DNA of 64,000 nucleotides from an uncultured virus (IMG/VR IMGVR_UViG_3300005201_000716) (IMGVR_UViG_3300005201_000716); one strand, 5' to 3'; shown: positions 10,203 to 19,569, numbered from the stretch's first letter. Made by a program: numbers and translations. Notes: a model not told the origin generated them from the letters alone.

Positions 10203-11400
10203 CTTTCCGGGCCGGAGTTGTTTGGTATTGTCGGTGGCGTTAACAATCCCGGACAATCTCGTACACCTTGGCGCTTTCTGGGCAGTAGATGTTAGGTATT
10301 GTCGGTGGCGTTAACAATCCCAGACATTCCCGTACCCTTCGGCGCTTTTCGGGCGGTAGATGTTAGGTATTGTCGATGACGTTAACAATCCCGTACACCT
10401 TGGCGCTTTCCGGGCGATAGATGTTTGGTATTGTCGATGGCGTTTACAATCCCGGACAATCTCGTACCCTTCGGCGCTTTCCGGGAGGTAGATGTCAGGT
10501 ATTGTCGGTGGCGTTAACAATCCCGGACAATCTCGTACCCTTCGGCGCTTTCCGGGCCGGAGTTGTTTGGCATTGTNNNNNNNNNNNNNNNNNNNNNNNN
10601 NNNNNNNNNNNNNNNNNNNNNNNNNNNNNNNNNNNNNNNNNNNNNNNNNNNNNNNNNNNNNNNNNNNNNNNNNNNNNNNNNNNNNNNNNNNNNNNNNNNN
10701 NNNNNNNNNNNNNNNNNNNNNNNATTGTCGATGGCGTTAACAATCCCGGACAGTCCCGTACACCTTGGCACTTTCCGGGCGGTAGATGTTAGGTATTGTT
10801 GATGGCGTTAACAATCCCGGACAATCTCGTACCCTTCGGCGCTTTTCGGGCCGGAGTTGTTTGGCATTGTCGATGGCGTTAACAATCCCAGACAATCCCG
10901 TACACCTTGGCTCTTTCCGGGCGGTAGATGTTTGGTATTGTCGATGGCGTTAACAATCCCAGACAATCCCGTACACCTTGGCTCTTTCCGGGCGGTAGAT
11001 GTTAGGTATTGTCGATGACGTTAACAATCCCGTACACCTTGGCTCTTTCCGGGCCGGAGTTGTTAGGTATTGTCGATGGCGTTTACAATCCCAGACAATC
11101 CCGTACCCTTCGGCGCTTTCCGGGCGGTAGATGTTAGGTATTGTCGATGGCGTTTACAATCCAGTACACCTTGGCTCTTTCCGAGCCGGAGTTGTTTGGT
11201 ATTGTCGGTGGCGTTAACAATCCCGGACAATCTCGTACCCTTCGGCGCTTTCCGGGCGGTAGATGTTAGGTATTGTCGGTGACGTAAACAATCCCAGACA
11301 ATCTCGTACCCTTCGGCGCTTTCCGGGCGGTAGATGTTTGGAATTGTCGATGGCGTTTACAATCCCAGACAATCTTGTACACCTTGGCGATTTCCGGGGC
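10203..11400. repeat. non-coding tandem array of 71-bp (and 61-bp) units
   Basis: Unit starts at 10203, 10274, 10345, 10406, 10477, 10548, [gap], 10771, 10842, 10913, 10984, 11045, 11116, 11177, 11248, 11319, 11390; consensus CTTTCCGGGCGGTAGATGTTAGGTATTGTCGATGGCGTTAACAATCCCGGACAATCTCGTACCCTTCGGCG. Confidence 0.97.
10577..10723. other. assembly gap (147 N) inside the tandem array
   Basis: run of N. Confidence 1.
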
Positions 11401-11451
11401 GGCTCATAATACACTGCATTTATAGAAATGGCTCTAACCCAATCATCCGCT

Positions 11452-11485
11452 TAAGACATTCCTTTTCGGGAGTGTCTTTTGTTTT
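11452..11485 (+). terminator. terminator-like hairpin after the array
   Basis: AAGACATTCC-TTTTC-GGGAGTGTCTTTT followed by T-rich tract. Confidence 0.55.
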
Positions 11486-11506
11486 GCCCGAAGGGAGGCG
11501 TCGGCA

Positions 11507-11857
11507 GTGCCAAACAAACCTAAAAAACCGTGTAAATATCAAGGCTGCCCGAAACTGACGGACGGTCTTTTTTGTGAAGAACATAAACAGACAGAAAGTC
11601 ATCGCTATAACCATTACCAACGTGACCCCGGCAGTAACAAACGCTACGGCAGGAAGTGGAAGCAGATACGAGCGGCGTTCCTGTCGCAGAATCCTCTATG
11701 CGAAATATGTAGACAGGACGGACGGCTTGTTCCCGCCGACACCGTTCACCACAGACGAAAACTAGCGGATGGTGGAACTAACGACAGAGAGAACCTTGCG
11801 GCGTTGTGTCAGGAATGCCACAGCCGATTACACGCAGAACAACGGGATCGCTTTTGA
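11507..11857 (+). CDS. phage packaging HNH endonuclease (HK97 gp74-like)
   Basis: N-terminal C..GCP Zn finger, CEIC, DTVHH, NLAALCQECH; upstream of terS. Confidence 0.92.
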   Translation: MPNKPKKPCKYQGCPKLTDGLFCEEHKQTESHRYNHYQRDPGSNKRYGRKWKQIRAAFLSQNPLCEICRQDGRLVPADTVHHRRKLADGGTNDRENLAALCQECHSRLHAEQRDRF

Positions 11858-11858
11858 T

Positions 11859-12275
11859 TTACTCATTGTGATTATTCAAAAAATCCACTGGTGAAATCGC
11901 TGGTACAATTGAATTTTCAAAGTGCTTGGTATTACGCGTAATGATATATTCTGCTTTTGCTTTTTTTGCACAAACGGACACAAGAGCGTCCTCGTAATCG
12001 CTGATGTCGGGTTCCAATGCGTTCACGCAATCGGTTTTATCCACGCCACCGATTTGAAAAGCATTCAGCAGTTTCTCTATAACCTCTTTTGCTTTAATCG
12101 GATTTTGTAGCGCCTTTCGCGTGACGTAGTAGATATCCGTGATTGTACTGGCTGTGAGCCATATCTTGGCTTTTCCAATAATTAACCAGTCAAGGCAGGC
12201 GAGAGCGTCCTCGGCAAAAGGCTCGCGTTTAAGCACGTAGTCAAGAATCACATTGGTGTCAATCAACACAGTCAT
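11859..12275 (-). CDS. PIN-domain (VapC-like) toxin
   Basis: VLIDTNVILD, DYEDAL, IITRN..F motifs. Confidence 0.9.
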   Translation of the reverse strand: MTVLIDTNVILDYVLKREPFAEDALACLDWLIIGKAKIWLTASTITDIYYVTRKALQNPIKAKEVIEKLLNAFQIGGVDKTDCVNALEPDISDYEDALVSVCAKKAKAEYIITRNTKHFENSIVPAISPVDFLNNHNE

Positions 12276-12510
12276 ACCGCTTGCTCCTTTCCTCGTGGAT
12301 TGCGGCTTTAATACCGTCATCGTCCATACGTGATAAGTCGGTATCGGCGAGGATGCCGAATAGCGAACGGACGTCTGACAGCGTATCGTCCTCTTCCCTC
12401 ACGAGTTTAGCAATCTTGCGACCGTTGCGGGTTATGATGATGTCCTCGCCTGCGGCCATATCAAGGTATCTGCCTAAATTAGTTTTAAACTCTGTTGATG
12501 AAACAAACAT
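12259..12510 (-). CDS. Phd/YefM-family antitoxin
   Basis: VSSTEFKTNLGRYLD...EDIIITRNGRKIAKL; overlaps the toxin start. Confidence 0.92.
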   Translation of the reverse strand: MFVSSTEFKTNLGRYLDMAAGEDIIITRNGRKIAKLVREEDDTLSDVRSLFGILADTDLSRMDDDGIKAAIHEERSKRYDCVD

Positions 12511-12542
12511 AACAAACTCTCCAATCATATTGGATTTGCTTT

Positions 12543-12571
12543 AGTATACCACAGGTTGACCGATTTAGCAA
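12543..12571 (-). promoter_or_regulatory. sigma-A promoter of the TA operon
   Basis: minus strand TTGCTA-17 bp-TATACT with extended TG. Confidence 0.7.
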
Positions 12572-12594
12572 TAAGTGATTGATTAATGTTCATA

Positions 12595-12791
12595 GGAAGG
12601 GCCGGTCAATATCTCTACGATTGACCGGCCGGACAGCGGGCGTGGGGCGCTGCGTGAAAATTTCGTTTATCAAACGGGGAATAGACCATATCAAAAAATC
12701 AAACAAAATCCAGTAGCCACGGTGTTTTCGCCGTGGTTTTTACGTTTGATTGTTTCGTTAGAAAATCAAACATAATCAAACAAATCAAACG
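12595..12791. promoter_or_regulatory. putative cos/packaging-initiation region
   Basis: 11-bp inverted repeat GGCCGGTCAAT-N9-ATTGACCGGCC (12600-12630), GC-rich block, then several (A)ATCAAAC repeats just upstream of terS. Confidence 0.5.
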
Positions 12792-12807
12792 AACGGAGGT
12801 GAGGGCA

Positions 12808-13353
12808 TTGGCAAAAGACGGAAGCAACCGGGGCGGTTACAGAGTCGGTGCGGGGCGCAAGAAAAAACCTCTCGTTGAAAAAATCCTTGATGGTCAGGCC
12901 GAGAAGCAGGAGCAGACTGTTCCGGATACTACAGACTTTGTCGTTCCTGAACCGAGGGATTTTATAAACGCTGAACAACGTGGGCTTGGCGGGATTACCA
13001 ATGAAAGCCGCGCTATATATGACGACACTATGAAATGGCTCGCTGAACACGGCTGCGCGGATGTCGTTCCCCGCGGTCTTGTAGAAAAATACGCCGTGGC
13101 TACGGCTCGCTGGGAACAATGCGACAGGCTTATGTCGATGGGCGGCGTCACGGGGAAACACCCGACGACCGGCGCGGCAATTGCCTCGCCGTTTGTTTCG
13201 ATGAGTTTGCATTGGCTCAAGCAAGCGAATCAGCAATGGCATCTCATCGAAGAAAAGGTGAAGGAAGTCTGCGGCGATGACATCAGCGGCATAAACCGCT
13301 CTGACCCTATGGAGCAGATATTAAACGGCACATATAAACGGGGAGGCGGTTAA
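12808..13353 (+). CDS. terS: terminase small subunit (P27 family)
   Basis: MAKDGSNRGGYRVGAGRKKKP, KHPTTGAAIASPFV, DPMEQIL; RBS GGAGGTG, TTG start. Confidence 0.9.
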   Translation: MAKDGSNRGGYRVGAGRKKKPLVEKILDGQAEKQEQTVPDTTDFVVPEPRDFINAEQRGLGGITNESRAIYDDTMKWLAEHGCADVVPRGLVEKYAVATARWEQCDRLMSMGGVTGKHPTTGAAIASPFVSMSLHWLKQANQQWHLIEEKVKEVCGDDISGINRSDPMEQILNGTYKRGGG

Positions 13354-13356
13354 GCT

Positions 13357-13854
13357 ATGAGTAGAAAATGTGAAACAAAACATCCATACGCTCCGCACGG
13401 TTTCCTTGCCGATGCGGGCGTTGATTTTAAAGACTTAGATGTTCCGGTCGGAACACAAATATTTTATACAATCGCCGATTGGGTGAACGATAAAGGGCGC
13501 CCGGACTTAATCCCGGATTTTCTTATTGAATCCGCGGCGCTTTTATATCACATCGTATTCGGCTGCGGCGCAAAACTGAAAACACTGATTAACGGCAATG
13601 AAATTAAGCAATGGAAAAAGATACAAAAAATACAAACCGATATGGCTTACCGCTCTTGGCGGCAAATATGGCAGATAGTCGCAGAAAATAGCGCGGCTAA
13701 TTGCGGTGCGTCCGCTTCCGATGAAATCTGTTTATTATTCCCCGAATATGAACGGGCGCTGCTTGTCTGCGAAAAACCACATAAAAAGCAAAAATCAAAG
13801 TTTGACTTTGAGCTTAGCGACTTACCCGACTGGAACGAGGAGGATGGCATATGA
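13357..13854 (+). CDS. diverged TerS-like paralog
   Basis: IFYTIADWVNDKG..DLIP..LIE..A and WRQIWQIVAENS align by eye with the helical core of the upstream TerS. Confidence 0.5.
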   Translation: MSRKCETKHPYAPHGFLADAGVDFKDLDVPVGTQIFYTIADWVNDKGRPDLIPDFLIESAALLYHIVFGCGAKLKTLINGNEIKQWKKIQKIQTDMAYRSWRQIWQIVAENSAANCGASASDEICLLFPEYERALLVCEKPHKKQKSKFDFELSDLPDWNEEDGI

Positions 13855-15227
13855 ATTATGAACTAAAAATAATGCGGCTGCCTGACTTGAAGCCGCACCC
13901 GAAGAATCCGCGTCGCCACCCAGATAAGCTGATAAAACAACTTACGGAGTCAATTCAAGCTTACGGGTTTACATCGCCTGTTCTCATAGACGCGGATAAC
14001 AGGATATTAGCCGGACACGCAAGGTGTAAAGCCGCCGAGAAAATAGGGCTGACAGAAGTTCCGGCAGTGGTTCTGCCACTAACGGGCGCGGCGGCTGACG
14101 CTTATGTTATCGCTGATAACAAGTTGAATGAACTGTCCGAATGGGACGAGACCATTCTCGCCGACTTGATATCCGAGATTGATACGAGCGGCTTTGATGT
14201 TGACCTGACGTTTTTAGACGCAAACGATATTGACGCCTTGCTCTCGCCGAAAGGCTGCAAAGAAGACGCTTTTGATGAGGAAAAAGCCAAAAAGGACATA
14301 GAGGAAAGCGGCGGCGCATATACACAGACAGGCGATGTATGGTTACTCGGTAATCATCGGCTTATGTGCGGTGACTCCACAAACTCCGCCGTTTTTGAAA
14401 AACTGATGGACGGGCAAAGGGCTACACTCTGCGTTACATCAAGCCCGTATGGAGTTGGAAAAAATTATGAAAAAAAGGGTTTAGAGCCGTGGTTTGATAC
14501 TATGCGTCCGGCAATCAAAAATATATGCCATTACGCTGATATGGTGGTTATCAATTTGGGCGACCTTTTTTCTACGGCAAGCCAATTTATTGAGCCTACA
14601 TTCGCTTATGTTATCGAAATGCTCGCCGATAACGGCTACCGACCGATTTGGATTCGCATATGGGATAAGAAGCGGCAAGCTCTGTCGAACAGCGCGCCGT
14701 ATCACCTCGCCACGAATAAGCCTATCGGCGACGCGGAGTGGCTTGGAGCATTCTCTTCAGAAGTTATAAACACTGAAGATGACCTTATCGTGCTTGACGA
14801 CCACGGATACATCGTCGCGGCGGCGGGGCATAATTATCGATTTGTGAAACGCCTGTCCCGGCAGGAGCGTAAGGAATGGGGCTACAGTTCTATGTGGCGT
14901 ATCGCTTCCGTTCAGGGAACTGCGAAAACTAAAGACCGCCTTGACGAGCGGAATCATAAAGCGCGTTTTCCGGTAGAACTGCCGTGGCGTTGTATCAAGA
15001 TGCACAGCGACAAAGGCAATATCGTATTGGAACCGTTTAGCGGTTCCGGTACAACGATTATTGCTTGCGAGCAGACAGAGCGTGTTTGTTACGCAATGGA
15101 AAAATCAGAAACCTACTGTGACATTGCAGTATACCGTTTCGCAGCGTTTATGCCGGATGTGGAAGTGTGTCTTTTACGCGGAGACGATAGAATCCCGCTT
15201 ACCGAGACGGGGGTGAAGTTGTGCTAA
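13851..15227 (+). CDS. ParB-N + N4/N6 DNA methyltransferase (beta class)
   Basis: ParB PVLID..ILAGHAR; HRLMCGDST; motif IV variant TSSPY; LEPFSGSGTT. Confidence 0.88.
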   Translation: MNYELKIMRLPDLKPHPKNPRRHPDKLIKQLTESIQAYGFTSPVLIDADNRILAGHARCKAAEKIGLTEVPAVVLPLTGAAADAYVIADNKLNELSEWDETILADLISEIDTSGFDVDLTFLDANDIDALLSPKGCKEDAFDEEKAKKDIEESGGAYTQTGDVWLLGNHRLMCGDSTNSAVFEKLMDGQRATLCVTSSPYGVGKNYEKKGLEPWFDTMRPAIKNICHYADMVVINLGDLFSTASQFIEPTFAYVIEMLADNGYRPIWIRIWDKKRQALSNSAPYHLATNKPIGDAEWLGAFSSEVINTEDDLIVLDDHGYIVAAAGHNYRFVKRLSRQERKEWGYSSMWRIASVQGTAKTKDRLDERNHKARFPVELPWRCIKMHSDKGNIVLEPFSGSGTTIIACEQTERVCYAMEKSETYCDIAVYRFAAFMPDVEVCLLRGDDRIPLTETGVKLC

Positions 15228-16462
15228 AGATTGAAAACATAAATATCGCCGACATTAAGCCTTTCGAGCGAAACGCGAAGGAACATCCCAAGGAGCAGGT
15301 CGAACAGATAAAAAAGTCTATCTCTGAATTTGGAATGAATGATCCAATTGCTCTGGATGAGAACAATGTAATTATTGAAGGTCACGGACGGCTGTTGGCG
15401 TTAAAGGAACTCCGCGTCGATACCGTTCCTTGTATCCGGCTAACGCATTTATCCGAAAAACAGAAACGGGCATATATTCTGGCGCACAACAAGCTCACAT
15501 TGAACAGTGGATTTGACACAGAAATGCTTCTCGGTGAGTTTGATTTCCTCAAGGACGCGGGCTTCGATACCGCGCTGACAGGCTTTTCGGCGGATGAACT
15601 GGAAAAGTTGTTTTCAGAAAATGACAAGTCCGAAGCGAAAGATGATGATTTTGATGTGACCGCCGCTCTTGAAAAGGCGGCGTTTGTTATGCGCGGCGAT
15701 GTTTGGAGCATCGGGCGGCATAGGCTTATGGTGGGCGACGCTACCGACAGCGCGGATGTAGAACGCCTTATGAACGGCAAGAAGGCGCACCTCGCGCTGA
15801 CAGATGTTCCGTATGGCGTGAATTATAAAGGAACGAATGGCTTAACAATCAAAAACGACAATCTGAATGATGAGGATTTCTACAATTTTCTATACGCTTC
15901 GTTTAAAAATATGCGTGACGCACTTGATGTTGCCGGAACTATTTATTCGTTCTACGCCGACAAGCGTGCGTTGGTGACGCTCCGTGCTTTCGACGATGCA
16001 GGCTTCAAGTCGGCAGGCGGGTGTATCTGGGTGAAGCCGTCAATCGTACTCGGCCACGCCGATTACCAGTACGAGCATGAAGTGCTTGTTTGGGGCTGGC
16101 GTAAGGACGGCAAGCATAAGTTTTACGGCGACCGAAAATGCTCCACTGTTTGGCATTTCGATAAATCCAAACGCAACGCGGAACACCCTAATCAAAAGCC
16201 GCTCGACTTGATGGCATATCCGATTCAGAACAGCAGTCGGCCGAATTCCATTGTGCTGGACAGCTTTTGCGGGAGCGGTTCAACGCTTATCGCCTGTGAG
16301 CAGACCAACAGGATTTGCTACTGCATGGAACTTGACCCGAAGTACGCGAGCGTTATCGTAAAAAGATACATTGAAGCCGTAGGTTCCGCTGACGATGTTT
16401 TTGTCGAGCGGGACTGCCGGACACTGCCATACACGGAGGTAGTCCAATGCGAATCGGACTGA
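15221..16462 (+). CDS. ParB-N + N6/N4 DNA methyltransferase
   Basis: IIEGHGRL; motif IV variant TDVPY; HPNQKP; LDSFCGSGST. Confidence 0.88.
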   Translation: MLKIENINIADIKPFERNAKEHPKEQVEQIKKSISEFGMNDPIALDENNVIIEGHGRLLALKELRVDTVPCIRLTHLSEKQKRAYILAHNKLTLNSGFDTEMLLGEFDFLKDAGFDTALTGFSADELEKLFSENDKSEAKDDDFDVTAALEKAAFVMRGDVWSIGRHRLMVGDATDSADVERLMNGKKAHLALTDVPYGVNYKGTNGLTIKNDNLNDEDFYNFLYASFKNMRDALDVAGTIYSFYADKRALVTLRAFDDAGFKSAGGCIWVKPSIVLGHADYQYEHEVLVWGWRKDGKHKFYGDRKCSTVWHFDKSKRNAEHPNQKPLDLMAYPIQNSSRPNSIVLDSFCGSGSTLIACEQTNRICYCMELDPKYASVIVKRYIEAVGSADDVFVERDCRTLPYTEVVQCESD

Positions 16463-17325
16463 TTGATATTGACGGGCATAACTTCCCCAACGTTGCGCTA
16501 ATGAAGCTATCGGCATGGCACAAGGCGCGGGGCGATACGGTGGTATTAACAACGCCGGAAGATACAGAAGACCTTGACTGCGGGTACGCGAGCAAGGTCT
16601 TTCCTTTTACACAAATGCCGGAACTGCCGTCTAATTTTGATATCGGCGGTCCCGGTATAGACCTTAAAAAATCACTACCGGAGGAAGTTGAACACATCTG
16701 TCCGGATTACGAATTATACGGTCTTGATTATTCCCTCGGCTTTCTCACGCGTGGCTGTATACGCAAATGCCCGTGGTGCATCGTGCCGGAAAAAGAAGGT
16801 GTTACACACGCACACGCCGACATTGAGGAATTCACACGGCATAGAGACGTCGTCTTGATGGACAATAATGTGCTGGCATCTGAACACGGCTTACGGCAAA
16901 TAGAAAAAATCGCCGCGCTGAACCTCCGCGTGGACTTCAATCAAGGATTGGACGCGAGGTTGATTGACGATAGCACGGCACGACTCTTAGCAACGGTTAA
17001 ATGGCTGAAACCTATCCGGCTCGCCTGCGACAGCACGGAAATGATGTCGCACATTCAAAGGGCGGTCGAGTTGCTACGCTGGCATAATGCCACGCCCCGC
17101 ACCTATTTCGTGTACGTCCTTGTGAAGGATATAGGCGACGCTCTGGAGCGAATACGGTTTTTAAAGATGTTGAATGTAGACCCCTTCGCGCAGCCATACC
17201 GCGACTTTCGGACTAATACCGAGCCAACGAAGGCACAGAGAGCTTTTGCCCGTTGGGTGAACCACAAGGCGATATTCAAATCTGTGCTGTGGGAGGATTA
17301 CTACCGCACTGAGGAGGTGACATAG
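16447..17325 (+). CDS. radical SAM protein
   Basis: TRGCIRKCPWC (CxxxCxxC); DNN and DFNQGLDARL motifs. Confidence 0.88.
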   Translation: MRIGLIDIDGHNFPNVALMKLSAWHKARGDTVVLTTPEDTEDLDCGYASKVFPFTQMPELPSNFDIGGPGIDLKKSLPEEVEHICPDYELYGLDYSLGFLTRGCIRKCPWCIVPEKEGVTHAHADIEEFTRHRDVVLMDNNVLASEHGLRQIEKIAALNLRVDFNQGLDARLIDDSTARLLATVKWLKPIRLACDSTEMMSHIQRAVELLRWHNATPRTYFVYVLVKDIGDALERIRFLKMLNVDPFAQPYRDFRTNTEPTKAQRAFARWVNHKAIFKSVLWEDYYRTEEVT

Positions 17326-17328
17326 ATA

Positions 17329-19569
17329 ATGAATAAGCAATTGACGCTCGGTTCACTCTTTTCAGGGTCTGGCGGTTTTGAACTTGGCGGCTTGCTCTGT
17401 GGGATAGAACCGGTATTCGCTTCAGAAATCGAGCCGTTTCCAATACGGGTTACGACAAAACGCCTGCCGCAGGTCAAGCATCTCGGCGACGTCAATAAAA
17501 TAAACGGAGCAAATATCCCGCCTGTAGACATAATCACGGCGGGATTTCCTTGTACCGACGTCAGTTGCGCCGGACGCCGCGCTGGGCTTCACGCCGAGAG
17601 GACAGGACTGTTTTTCCAAGCTATCCGTGTTATCCGAGAGATGCTCGAAGCCACAAATTATGAATTTCCGAAATTTCTATGCTTTGAAAATGTTCCGGGG
17701 CTTTTATCCTCAAATAAGGGAGCCGACTTCTGTGAAGTTATGGACGAGATTGCCGGACTTGGATTTATATCCGATCCTAACATACTTGACGCGCAGGACT
17801 TTGGCGTAGCGCAGCGCAGGAAGCGTGTATATATCGCATCAGTAAACCGGAAGTATTATAATCCCGCTGTTTTTGCCGACGCGCCGAAATCCCGCGATAA
17901 GCGTATGGAAAAAGCTGTAGCTTTATGGGGCGGCGAGACCTTTTACGGAATTGCCAGCCGTCCGTATACTCCGGTGAAACAGAAGCTGACGGAAATACTT
18001 CAAAACGCTGTTGACTCGAAATATTATCTATCAACTGCGGCTTGCCTCGGCATCCTTCGCCGCGCAAAAGCGCGGGGTAAGGAATTGCCGAAACTGCTCC
18101 GTGTCGCTCTTGAATCGCAAGCGATGCATATTGACGGCGCCGCTCCGATTGATGCAAAAGCCGAAGTGTGTATCTTAAACGACCAAGGCGGCGGCTTCAT
18201 GAATTTATCGGAAAACATAACGGGTACGCTGCGCTCACAGGAACACGGGCATCAGCCTATCGTGTTTGAACCGGGCGCGATTTCGCGGCTTGGCGGCCAT
18301 TGCTGGGAGGGCGAGCCTACGGGCGCACTCCGTGCTGATATGGGCGATAACCGTATGGCTGTCGCTATAGAAAATTATCCAATCGACGGCCGCATAAAAT
18401 TACGAGACGATGATTTGGTGCAAACACTAACTGCCCGATGTGGGACTGGCGGTATGAATGTTCCACTCGTTATGAACGAGCGGCAATATGCGCTGACGGC
18501 CGGTGAGGATGTGGCAAACACACTCACCGGAACGGACTATAAAGGTACACAATGTGTGTTCATCCCGTCCGAAGCTGACGAGATACCTAAATCGGCGGCG
18601 TTTATGGGCGGTCAGGGTTCAGACGCGGGAAGTATCGCATATAGTGAAGATACCGCGCCAACGCTCCGAAGCGAAGCGGGCGGCAATTCCGTGCCTATGG
18701 TGATGTATTCACCCGTCGTATTTGACGGAAAACAAGTCACCTCAAAAGATAACCGGAGCAATCCGAAACCGGGCGCCCCCTGCCATACGCTGTCTTCCGG
18801 CAGCGCCGACAGCGCGGTTGTGTGCCTGCAAGGGAATATGATCGGGCGTAAGCCTGAAAACGGTCCCGAAGGTAGCGGCGTCAACGATGATGTGGCGTTC
18901 ACACTTACCGAAGTCGACCGCCACGCTGTCTGTTATCAGGATGTTGTAAGCCCGTTGACTACAGAACTGGCGCATCAGACTGGTACTCACGGTCAAATCG
19001 GCGGTCAGTTAATTGTTGAGGAGCATCATAGCCCGATTTGTTATCAGGATGTTATTGGTACACTGGCCGCTTCGGATTATAAATTTCCACAGCAACAACA
19101 GATTTTTGAAGGTAAAGCTATTGTGGAATGTGAGGCGATTGAAAACTACCGGCACAGCGAATATCGCGAAAGCGAGACGGCGGGAACGTTAAAACAGTGC
19201 GGCGGCACGAACGGCGGCGGCAGTGAAACCGTTATCGTTGAAAATCGTTATGTGGTCAGACGGCTCACTCCGACCGAATGCGCTCTTTTACAAGGTTTCC
19301 CGTCTGATTGGTGTACAGAGCTTGAAACGCCGGAGCCGAGTGATGAGGATATAGATTTTTGGTCTGAGGTTTGGGAAACCAACCGTATTATAATAGGAAA
19401 ATCCTCAAAACCAAGAAGCAGGAACCAAATTATTAAATGGCTAAAAGACCCATATTCCGATTCAGCGGTCTATAAAATGTGGGGAAACGGCATCTGCCTC
19501 TGGTGCGCGGTTTTTGTTCTTGCCGGGATTGTGTCATATACACAAAACCAGAGCGCGTTTTTGCCTTGA
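17329..19569 (+). CDS. C5 cytosine DNA methyltransferase with expanded multi-TRD variable region
   Basis: SLFSGSGG, GFPCTD, ENVPG, QRRKR, RRLTPTEC..LQGFP, YKMWGNG. Confidence 0.93.
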   Translation: MNKQLTLGSLFSGSGGFELGGLLCGIEPVFASEIEPFPIRVTTKRLPQVKHLGDVNKINGANIPPVDIITAGFPCTDVSCAGRRAGLHAERTGLFFQAIRVIREMLEATNYEFPKFLCFENVPGLLSSNKGADFCEVMDEIAGLGFISDPNILDAQDFGVAQRRKRVYIASVNRKYYNPAVFADAPKSRDKRMEKAVALWGGETFYGIASRPYTPVKQKLTEILQNAVDSKYYLSTAACLGILRRAKARGKELPKLLRVALESQAMHIDGAAPIDAKAEVCILNDQGGGFMNLSENITGTLRSQEHGHQPIVFEPGAISRLGGHCWEGEPTGALRADMGDNRMAVAIENYPIDGRIKLRDDDLVQTLTARCGTGGMNVPLVMNERQYALTAGEDVANTLTGTDYKGTQCVFIPSEADEIPKSAAFMGGQGSDAGSIAYSEDTAPTLRSEAGGNSVPMVMYSPVVFDGKQVTSKDNRSNPKPGAPCHTLSSGSADSAVVCLQGNMIGRKPENGPEGSGVNDDVAFTLTEVDRHAVCYQDVVSPLTTELAHQTGTHGQIGGQLIVEEHHSPICYQDVIGTLAASDYKFPQQQQIFEGKAIVECEAIENYRHSEYRESETAGTLKQCGGTNGGGSETVIVENRYVVRRLTPTECALLQGFPSDWCTELETPEPSDEDIDFWSEVWETNRIIIGKSSKPRSRNQIIKWLKDPYSDSAVYKMWGNGICLWCAVFVLAGIVSYTQNQSAFLP

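Noticed and set aside
10203..11400. CRISPR array or TIGR-like guide array
   Set aside because: No unique spacers (variation is limited to a few two-state blocks and point changes), and no cas or Nop-domain gene is visible in the window.
10311..11414. ORFs called across the tandem array
   Set aside because: The period is 71/61 bp (not a multiple of 3), stops recur, there are no RBSs, and several ORFs are open only because of the N-gap.
11507..11857. HNH as an RNA-guided nuclease partnered with the array
   Set aside because: It is a 116-aa ordinary terminase-associated HNH in its usual position, with no room for an RNA-binding lobe.
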